This document shows, piece after piece, positions 49,011-55,474 of a stretch of DNA of 64,000 bases. Where the stretch lies: positions 793,159 to 857,158 of the forward strand of contig OW818634.1 in assembly GCA_942492765.1 (NCBI GenBank), given 5' to 3'. The stretch's first letter is position 1. Each line of letters starts with the position of its first letter. This DNA is from an uncultured bacterium. GTDB taxonomy: Bacteria > Patescibacteriota > Patescibacteriia > Patescibacteriales > UBA12465. The notes beneath the pieces were generated by a model. It did not search any database, had not been told where the DNA came from, and worked only from the letters and a program-made list of their open reading frames with translations. The position numbers and the translations under genes were made by a program.

Positions 49011-49063
49011 ATTTTTTCACGAGATGATATAATACTAACAAGCATAAAATAATTTTTAAGAGT

Positions 49064-49435
49064 ATGAAAAAATTTCTTTTTTCTGGATTATTAATTTTTG
49101 TCTTCGTCTTTAGTTTCAACATCGTTTGGGCTCAGACGGGTACTGGCGGTTCAAACACCGGCGGCTCCGGCATCACCTTATCTAACCCCCTTGGCGACGT
49201 CACCTCCCCGCAAGCCTTTATCGGCAAGATCATCAATTCCATTCTCGGCGTGGTTGGATCCCTGGCTCTCCTCATGTTCGTCTATGGCGGCCTGACTTGG
49301 ATGACCTCTTCGGGCAGTCCGGACAAGGTTAAGAAAGGTCGGGATACCTTGCTTTGGGCAGCTATCGGCCTAGTCGTGATCTTTTCCGCTTACGGCTTGA
49401 CCCGCTTCATTCTCGGTACGGTCGTCACGCAATAG
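49064..49435 (+). CDS. TrbC/VirB2-like pilin-family protein
   Basis: Signal peptide, NPL motif, two hydrophobic helices flanking YGGLTWMTSSGSPDKVKKGRD; pattern of the small T4SS-pilin-like family common in CPR genomes. Confidence 0.6.
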   Translation: MKKFLFSGLLIFVFVFSFNIVWAQTGTGGSNTGGSGITLSNPLGDVTSPQAFIGKIINSILGVVGSLALLMFVYGGLTWMTSSGSPDKVKKGRDTLLWAAIGLVVIFSAYGLTRFILGTVVTQ

Positions 49436-49467
49436 TATTTAAGCTAGCTTCAAGAAAATATCGGACT

Positions 49468-49490
49468 CCGGCCTGTTTTCAGGCCGGTTT
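49468..49490 (+). terminator. Terminator after the pilin gene
   Basis: ccggcct / aggccgg stem followed by TTT. Confidence 0.5.
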
Positions 49491-49517
49491 GACAATTACC
49501 GATATTTTTTTTAATAT
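49489..49517 (+). promoter_or_regulatory. Sigma70-type promoter for tRNA-Tyr (and probably RNA copy A)
   Basis: TTGACA - 17 nt - TAATAT, 18 nt upstream of the tRNA 5' end. Confidence 0.65.
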
Positions 49518-49534
49518 AGAAGAGCAATCATCAA

Positions 49535-49618
49535 GGGTCGATACCAAAGCGGTCAACTGGGGCAGACTGTAAATCTGCTGGCCTTGCGCCTTCGTTGGTT
49601 CGAATCCAACTCGGCCCA
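49535..49618 (+). tRNA. tRNA-Tyr (anticodon GUA), long variable arm
   Basis: Acceptor gggtcga/tcggccc, anticodon stem gcaga/tctgc with loop cuGUAaa, variable arm tggccttgcgccttc, T-loop ttcgaat; no encoded CCA. Confidence 0.9.
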
Positions 49619-49636
49619 CTCTTTGAGATTTCAGTC

Positions 49637-49837
49637 ATTTTAAAAATCACCTCCGAAACCCGATCATTCGGGATATTAGCAATTATTTTTTGGACATGGC
49701 GTTGCTTCGTTAATATCGAAGCCATATCCGAGAGATAGTTATGTCACCTTTTTACGGCTTCGCTAGATTTAACTCGTATTCGGCCATAGTCGACCGGATA
49801 TCTTGGGGGTGATTTTTAAAATATGTTTCGCTAGTAA
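49637..49837 (+). ncRNA. RT-associated structured RNA, copy A (stand-alone, terminator-ended)
   Basis: 18-bp terminal stem: 49637-49654 pairs with 49805-49822. Internal hairpins cccga-tcat-tcggg and cttcg-ttaata-cgaag. Homologous to copy B; carries ATGTTT followed by an early stop. Confidence 0.6.
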
Positions 49838-49859
49838 GAGCCTGTTCAGGCTCTTTTTT
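49836..49859 (+). terminator. Rho-independent terminator ending RNA copy A
   Basis: aagagcc-tgttca-ggctctt followed by a T-run. Confidence 0.7.
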
Positions 49860-49895
49860 GTTGGGCGGTTTCCTCGGGTTTTTGCGCTGGTGAAG

Positions 49896-49924
49896 TTGAT
49901 AAAAAAGACGGATTAGGCTAAAAT
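49896..49924 (+). promoter_or_regulatory. Sigma70-type promoter for RNA copy B / RT operon
   Basis: TTGATA - 17 nt - TAAAAT, ending ~15 nt before the copy B 5' stem arm. Confidence 0.6.
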
Positions 49925-49939
49925 ATTAATGTGCTAGTT

Positions 49940-50129
49940 ATTTTAAAAATCATCCTCAAAACCCGATCATTCGGGATATTAGCAATTATTTTTCGGACAT
50001 GGCGCTAGCTTCGTTAATATCGAAGTCGTATCCGAGAAATAGTCAGAAGGGGTATCTGTTAAATTTAATTCATATCCGGCCGCAGCCGACCGGTTATCTT
50101 GGGGATGATCTTTAAAATATGTTTAGTAA
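49940..50129 (+). ncRNA. RT-associated structured RNA, copy B (5' leader of the RT gene)
   Basis: Terminal stem: 49940-49957 pairs with 50101-50118 (one mismatch, one G-U). Same internal hairpins as copy A. 3' arm ends 1 nt before the RT ATG. Confidence 0.6.
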
Positions 50130-51324
50130 AATTTTGTGTTACTCTAATTTCGAAGCCGCTTATCTGGAGATAATTGAACAGTTTTCTAATGATCGCCGCA
50201 ACTTCAAGTATCATGGCCTGGATAATATCTTTCTGCGCGATCTTGATCTCAAATCTCGGAAGATAATCAAGTCGGCTCTAGCCGATCTCTCGCAGAAGAA
50301 GGAGATTGAGCCGGCTCTCTGCGTTTCCATCCCTAAGCCTAATAAGCCGGGCGAGCATCGGGAAATCTTTATCTACAACCTGAAAGAAAGGATCAAAGCT
50401 CAGGCTATCTACCGCATCGTCCTGCCGGAGTTCGAGAAGATCTTTTCCGACAGGCTTTTTTCATATCGGCCAGGCAAGCCGCCTTATCTCGCCGCGCGGA
50501 TATTCTGCCGCCGCTATCGCCGCTCTTTTAAGAGCGACCAAGCGCTGGTGATAGACTTGAAGAATTATTCCGACAGAATAGATCGAGAGAAGATGTTTGC
50601 GCAGCTGCAGGCGATATTTCCCGATAAGAAAGTCTTGGAGCTCTTGCGCCTCTTCATTTTCAACAAGGTCTATCGCGATGGCGTCTGTCTAACGCCTGAT
50701 AAAGGCTTGGTGCAGGGCGTGCCGCTTATCGCTTTGTTCGCTAATCTTTATCTGACCGACTTGGACTTTAAATATCAGGCTGAAGCCGATTTCTATATCC
50801 GCGTCGGCGACGATATTGCCTTATTGGATCCGGATTTAGAAAAGCTCCGGAATATATTGGCGGAGATTTCTGAAGATATTGCCGCGCGCGGACTGGAGAT
50901 CAACCAGAAGAAATTATTCATCGGTCCGGCTAAGGAGAGGTTCTCCTTCCTCGGCTACGCCTTTAATTCCGGCCTGATCGGCTTGGAACCGGGCTTCATC
51001 AGGCGTATCGAGATGGAATGGAAGAGGCTCTTGATCTACCAGCACTCGGCAGAATGGGCTAAGCGGCGGATAATCATGAAGATGATGAGCCGGCCGGAGA
51101 AAAGCATCAACGATCAGTTTCAGAAGATCGTTAGGGATAAATGCCAGATCAATGACTCGGATCAGATCAAGAAGGTGTCGGAGAAATTCTTTTCGATCCT
51201 GACCAAGTTCTTCTATGAGCATTATTCGCCGCGTAATCGCCGCCGCTTAGAAGGCGACTTGAAAGAGTTCGGCATAGTCTCCCTTTATAATACCTATAAG
51301 AATTTTCATTATGATAGACGATAA
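50119..51324 (+). CDS. Reverse transcriptase (stand-alone, unclassified prokaryotic RT)
   Basis: RT motifs: IPKPNKPGEHREI (1/2), SYRPGKPP (3), LVIDLKNYSDRID (A), GLVQGVPLIALFANLYL (B'), YIRVGDDIALL (C), FSFLGYAF (E); 401 aa. Confidence 0.85.
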   Translation: MFSKILCYSNFEAAYLEIIEQFSNDRRNFKYHGLDNIFLRDLDLKSRKIIKSALADLSQKKEIEPALCVSIPKPNKPGEHREIFIYNLKERIKAQAIYRIVLPEFEKIFSDRLFSYRPGKPPYLAARIFCRRYRRSFKSDQALVIDLKNYSDRIDREKMFAQLQAIFPDKKVLELLRLFIFNKVYRDGVCLTPDKGLVQGVPLIALFANLYLTDLDFKYQAEADFYIRVGDDIALLDPDLEKLRNILAEISEDIAARGLEINQKKLFIGPAKERFSFLGYAFNSGLIGLEPGFIRRIEMEWKRLLIYQHSAEWAKRRIIMKMMSRPEKSINDQFQKIVRDKCQINDSDQIKKVSEKFFSILTKFFYEHYSPRNRRRLEGDLKEFGIVSLYNTYKNFHYDRR

Positions 51325-53023
51325 GAATCAGATAAGCTTATTGAGGAAGGTCCGGATGCGGCGCGTCAAACATCAGACGCAGGAATCCGAGGACCTCAAT
51401 AAGGATTATATCCGCGCTTTTTTCAATAAGCATAAGCTCCTTATCTTGGGGACTCTCGCTTTATTCCTGACCCAAGGAATCATCGAAACCTTTCTCGTCA
51501 TCGTCGGCCGAAGCCGGCTGGCTTATGACGGCGGCCGGACGGCGGGAACGCTCTTCTGGCAGCTCTTGATTATTCTGCTCACGTTATTCGTCGTCAATTC
51601 CTTTTTCTCTATCAAACAGGAGAAGACGATCGTCGTTATTTTTGTTAACAATCTCCGCCGCCGCATCTTTAGGAATTATCTGGGTAAGGCGCCGGAGAAG
51701 ATGAGAGCGGAGGGGCAAGCCGATCTCGTCGCTAAGATCTCTTATCATCTGCCGCTCGTCTCGATGGGCGTCTCTAATTCTTTTTTCGGTCTGGCGAGAT
51801 GGGTTATCTACTTGGCTTCAGCCTCGGTCGTCGCGCTTTTAGCCGGCCTTAACGTATCTCTCATCGCTGCCTTCTTCATTGTATTATCAGTCATCATCGC
51901 CTTAGCTTCATATTTCACAGTTAAGCGCTATGTTTCGCAGGAAGTCACCTTCTTCTCGCAGATTATTAAGCACATCAATCTCAGCTTGTCGGAAAAATAT
52001 TTTTCCAAAGGCTTTAATCTGGAGCCCGTGGTCATGAAGAAGTTCGACCGCCTGGTCGATTTCGATTCTATTTTCAGGATACGCCGCGACCTCTGGATGA
52101 AGATGGGCTTCAAGATAGTCTTCGCTATCGTTCTGGTCGTTTCTGTATTGAGTAACGCTTTTTACGGCGGGCTGGCTGAGAAGATAAATCTGATTCGGCC
52201 GGAGCTGAAGTTTTTGTATGTCTTCCTTCTGATTTATCTGTCGCGCATCATTACTGAATCCCTGCGTATCGGTCTTTATTTCTTCCCGGCCAAGCTGGGC
52301 TTGTCGCTCACTAATGTGCCGCTCGAAAAATACTTGCATCGCAGCAATATCAAGAATATCAAGAGCGAGATTGCTTTCTCTAGCCAGAAGACGAAACTGT
52401 TCAGGCAGGGCAGGTATTATCGAAACCTTGAGCTCCGTTTCTTAAGAGGCGGACGTTATCTGTTCTTCGGACCCAATCTCTCGGGTAAGACTGTTTTAGC
52501 CAAGTTATTTTTCGGCGGCGAGACTTATAACTCTAAGGCGCTGAAAGTAAAGATAGACGGGCAGAGGTTGGATTTCTATGAGTACCAGAGGAAATTCAAT
52601 CAGGCTTATTATTTCGATCCTAATTTTAATTCCCAAAAGAGCCTGATTGAGATAATTACCGGCTCAGACAGGGAAGAGACCGCTTTCCCGGAAATCGAAG
52701 AAGCCTTGCGGATAATGGCTGCTCAGCCCGCGATCTCCAACTTAGTTTCTCCGAAGAAGAATTTTAATCTGTCGGCTGGCGATATCTGGGATAATCACTT
52801 GACCGCCTTTGCCCTGCATGCGGCGCATTGCTTGGTCGTAAAACCCGCGCTTATCATCATCGATAATCTCTGGCTTGATCTGGATTACCCGGGTATCAAG
52901 GAGATGTTGAGCACTATCAGTCGGGAATTGCCAGAGTCCATCATCATCGTTTTTGCCCATAAGGATATTGATAATTTAAATTATGATAAACGTTATGACC
53001 TGGAAAAAAATCTTAAATTTTAG
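51311..53023 (+). CDS. ABC exporter-like TMD-NBD protein with degenerate ATPase motifs
   Basis: ~6 TM helices of the type I exporter pattern. NBD has Walker A GPNLSGKT, signature LSAGD (vs LSGGQ), Walker B LIIIDN (no catalytic Glu), H-loop FAHK. Start overlaps the RT stop by 14 nt. Confidence 0.7.
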   Translation: MIDDKNQISLLRKVRMRRVKHQTQESEDLNKDYIRAFFNKHKLLILGTLALFLTQGIIETFLVIVGRSRLAYDGGRTAGTLFWQLLIILLTLFVVNSFFSIKQEKTIVVIFVNNLRRRIFRNYLGKAPEKMRAEGQADLVAKISYHLPLVSMGVSNSFFGLARWVIYLASASVVALLAGLNVSLIAAFFIVLSVIIALASYFTVKRYVSQEVTFFSQIIKHINLSLSEKYFSKGFNLEPVVMKKFDRLVDFDSIFRIRRDLWMKMGFKIVFAIVLVVSVLSNAFYGGLAEKINLIRPELKFLYVFLLIYLSRIITESLRIGLYFFPAKLGLSLTNVPLEKYLHRSNIKNIKSEIAFSSQKTKLFRQGRYYRNLELRFLRGGRYLFFGPNLSGKTVLAKLFFGGETYNSKALKVKIDGQRLDFYEYQRKFNQAYYFDPNFNSQKSLIEIITGSDREETAFPEIEEALRIMAAQPAISNLVSPKKNFNLSAGDIWDNHLTAFALHAAHCLVVKPALIIIDNLWLDLDYPGIKEMLSTISRELPESIIIVFAHKDIDNLNYDKRYDLEKNLKF

Positions 53024-54197
53024 TGATAGGAATAATCGCGGGCGGAAAGCCCGGTTAATTATTCTGCCGCTCGTGATTTTGGGACTGGTAGCATACGCGG
53101 GCATGATGATATTCCGCTTGTATCAGGAGTCAGTCGGCCGCCAGATCGCGCCAGCAGAGATGATCAAGATCAACGAGCCGTTCTCAGGCAGTGCGCATTT
53201 TAACGACAAACTCGGCCAGGATGATTTTTCTCAGCTGATCGTTAGCAGCATTGATCAGGCCGAGAAGACCGTTGATATCGCCGTCTATTCCATGGATAGC
53301 CAGGACATCCGGGACGCTCTCTATCGCGCGGCCAAGAGAGGCGTCACGGTTAGCGCCATCTTCAGCGATAAGCGCCAAGAGATAATCGTGGCGCTTTTCA
53401 AGGATAAGCCGGATAACGTTAAGATCGGCTTCATTCCTTCGGATATTTCCAGCTACATGCATCATAAGTTCATGTTGGTCGACCGCGGTTTGAGCCGCCA
53501 GAAATTATTTTTCTCTTCTTATAATTTTACTTATTTCCAAGGCAAATATGACCCGAGCTTCATCCTCGAGACCGGCCGTCCGGAATTAGTAGCCGTCTTT
53601 GGCAAAGAATTCGACCGCCTAGTCATCGAGCTCAATGATAAGGTGAAGCAGCCGCCCGTCAATCCTTTTGCCGCCCGGATAGAATATACCGACGGCTTCT
53701 TGGAAGTTTGGTTCGCGCCGGGAACGCCTAAACATAATATCAAGAGCCGGATGATCGGCTTGATTCAGAGCTCCACGAACAATATCAAGGTTTTGATCTG
53801 GTATCTGACCGATAAAGAGATTGCCGCTGAATTAGCGGAAGCGTCTCGGACCAAGCCGGTCTGTCTAGTGACTGACGATTTTAATTGGCTCGCTCCAGGC
53901 TCGGCTTTCCCGATCCTAGAAGCTCAGAGGGCCAGGCAGAAATTAGATAAGCTTGAGCTTATCCAAGACAGCCAGCGGAACGCGGAAGTAGGCCGGCTCA
54001 TGAACGATACTGGCTTCAATTCTTTCTTGCACCAGCATCTTTTGATAATCGATGATAAAATTGCTTTGTTTGGAACTAATAATTGGAGTTTCGGCGGCTT
54101 CTTTACTAACAGCGAATCAATCATGATTACTGACATTAAGAGCCTAGTCGACGCCTTTAGAGGCTCATACCAGGCTAACTATGACGCTAATAAATAA
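52983..54197 (+). CDS. Membrane-anchored PLD/HKD-superfamily protein (nuclease- or phospholipase-like)
   Basis: N-terminal basic stretch plus single TM. HKD-1 HHKFMLVD..SSYNFT. HKD-2 HQHLLIIDDKIALFGTNNWS (Lys replaced by His). Overlaps the previous gene by 41 nt. Confidence 0.75.
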   Translation: MINVMTWKKILNFSDRNNRGRKARLIILPLVILGLVAYAGMMIFRLYQESVGRQIAPAEMIKINEPFSGSAHFNDKLGQDDFSQLIVSSIDQAEKTVDIAVYSMDSQDIRDALYRAAKRGVTVSAIFSDKRQEIIVALFKDKPDNVKIGFIPSDISSYMHHKFMLVDRGLSRQKLFFSSYNFTYFQGKYDPSFILETGRPELVAVFGKEFDRLVIELNDKVKQPPVNPFAARIEYTDGFLEVWFAPGTPKHNIKSRMIGLIQSSTNNIKVLIWYLTDKEIAAELAEASRTKPVCLVTDDFNWLAPGSAFPILEAQRARQKLDKLELIQDSQRNAEVGRLMNDTGFNSFLHQHLLIIDDKIALFGTNNWSFGGFFTNSESIMITDIKSLVDAFRGSYQANYDANK

Positions 54198-54322
54198 TCC
54201 TGTATAATATTGCTATATGCCTATAATCAACCCTGACAAGATCGGTGTCGGTATGGTGAAAATTTTCGCCATTGAGTTCGTCGTGCTAGCGATCGTCACC
54301 CTTGTCTTGCTCGCCCTATAAT

Positions 54323-55204
54323 ATGCCTGAGCTTCCCGAGGTAGAAACTATCCGCCGCGATCTGGCGGCTATCATGCTGGGCTCTAAAATTATTTCCGTG
54401 GACATCATGTCTCCGGGGAGCGCTTCGCATTCCGCGGCTTTTTTCAGGAAGGAACTCATCGGCCGGAAGATAATCGAAGTCGGTCGCCGCGGCAAGCTCC
54501 TGATGTTCCGCCTTTCGCCGAGCGCCGGCAAGAAGATGGATTATATCATCGTGCACCTGAAGATGACGGGTCAGTTGATATTTTCTGGAAATAAAGAGGA
54601 GGTCGCCGGTGGGCATAGCCATAATGCTAAAGCAGAATTGAAGAATTTGCCGAACAAGCACACGCGCGCAGTCTTGAAACTCGCGGACGGCGGAAAATTA
54701 TTCTTCAACGACATGCGCCGCTTCGGCTATATCAAGTTAGTTTCTAAAAAAGAGCTGGAAGATGTCTTGGCGAGAAGCTATGGCCCAGAACCGCTAACTC
54801 CAACCTTTACTTTTCCGGCTTTCTTGTACGCTCTCAGCCGCACGAACGTGAAGATCAAAGCCGCGCTTCTGAATCAGAAGCTGATTGCGGGGCTCGGCAA
54901 TATTTATGCCGATGAAGTCCTCTGGGAAGCGCGCCTGCGGCCGGACCGCCCGACTCAGAGCCTGAAACCGGCGGAACTGAAGAAGCTCTATAATGCTATC
55001 AATCGGATAATAAAGCTAGCTATCAAGAAGCGGGGCACGACTTTCAGCGATTATGTCGACTCCCGCGGCCGCAGCGGCAATTTTTCCAAGTTCTTAAAAG
55101 TCTATGGCCGGGGCGGGGAAAAATGCCCGAATTGCCGTAATCCTCTCCAAAAAGCCAAAATCGCCGGACGCGGCACGCATTATTGCGCTATTTGCCAAAA
55201 ATAA
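54323..55204 (+). CDS. mutM: Formamidopyrimidine-DNA glycosylase
   Basis: Start set at MPELPEVE (catalytic N-terminal Pro); H2TH region; C-terminal zinc finger CPNC..CAIC. Confidence 0.9.
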   Translation: MPELPEVETIRRDLAAIMLGSKIISVDIMSPGSASHSAAFFRKELIGRKIIEVGRRGKLLMFRLSPSAGKKMDYIIVHLKMTGQLIFSGNKEEVAGGHSHNAKAELKNLPNKHTRAVLKLADGGKLFFNDMRRFGYIKLVSKKELEDVLARSYGPEPLTPTFTFPAFLYALSRTNVKIKAALLNQKLIAGLGNIYADEVLWEARLRPDRPTQSLKPAELKKLYNAINRIIKLAIKKRGTTFSDYVDSRGRSGNFSKFLKVYGRGGEKCPNCRNPLQKAKIAGRGTHYCAICQK

Positions 55205-55286
55205 GCTAAATAAGGCGCAAAAATTTGACTTTTAGTCAGTTTTTATATATTGTTTAAACAGTTAATAAATTAATCGCGTCATCAAT

Positions 55287-55442
55287 ATGTCACAGGACAA
55301 CATGATCAAAATGGAGTGTACGGTTTGCAAGACCACTACTCATCATTCTCGCAAGAACAAGAAAGTTATCAAGGAACGCTTGGAACTGTCTAAATATTGC
55401 AATAAGTGCAAGAAGAATACGCCTCACAAAGAAACTAAATAA
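55287..55442 (+). CDS. rpmG: 50S ribosomal protein L33
   Basis: Not in the ORF track (51 aa). Hand translation: MSQDNMIKMECTVCKTTTHHSRKNKKVIKERLELSKYCNKCKKNTPHKETK, with the CxxC...CxxC L33 pattern. Confidence 0.85.
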   Translation: MSQDNMIKMECTVCKTTTHHSRKNKKVIKERLELSKYCNKCKKNTPHKETK

Positions 55443-55474
55443 ACGCCTTCCGGCTCAGCCGGCAGCTAAATATT

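Noticed and set aside
49930-50115. Open frame through RNA copy B, in the same frame as the RT and separated from its ATG by one stop plus one codon. It includes a potential 38-codon uORF from ATG 49999. Possible N-terminal extension, leader peptide or Neo-like repeat ORF.
   Set aside because: In copy A, a 1-nt indel (gcg-ttgc vs gcgctagc) truncates the equivalent ORF to 5 codons (MALLR-stop). No other long frame exists in copy A, whereas the RNA stems are conserved with compensatory changes. The conservation is therefore structural, not coding. The open frame in B alone is not statistically compelling.
49637-50129. The two repeats as a diversity-generating retroelement template/variable repeat pair.
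   Set aside because: Differences between the copies are not adenine-specific (C/T, T/C and G/A changes plus an unrelated central block). Neither copy lies at the 3' end of a target protein gene. The RT lacks the DGR-type motif 4 signature I know.
49619-51324. Group II intron carrying the RT.
   Set aside because: Only ~190 nt of structured RNA precedes the ORF, too little for domains I-III. No GUGYG 5' end or domain V-like hairpin follows the ORF (the next gene overlaps it). The RT has no maturase/En extension.
49637-51324. Canonical retron (msr-msd plus RT).
   Set aside because: The architecture is retron-like (terminal inverted repeats, RNA immediately upstream of the RT). However, the RT lacks the retron VTG motif, and the G following the 5' stem arm in copy A is an A in copy B. 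I keep it only as an analogy, not a call.
54217-54321. 34-codon hydrophobic ORF (MPIINPDKIGVGMVKIFAIEFVVLAIVTLVLLAL) between the PLD-like gene and mutM, preceded by TATAAT at 54203.
   Set aside because: Plausible small membrane peptide, possibly belonging to the RT operon tail. But it is short, has no SD and I have no conservation evidence. Worth checking, not callable.
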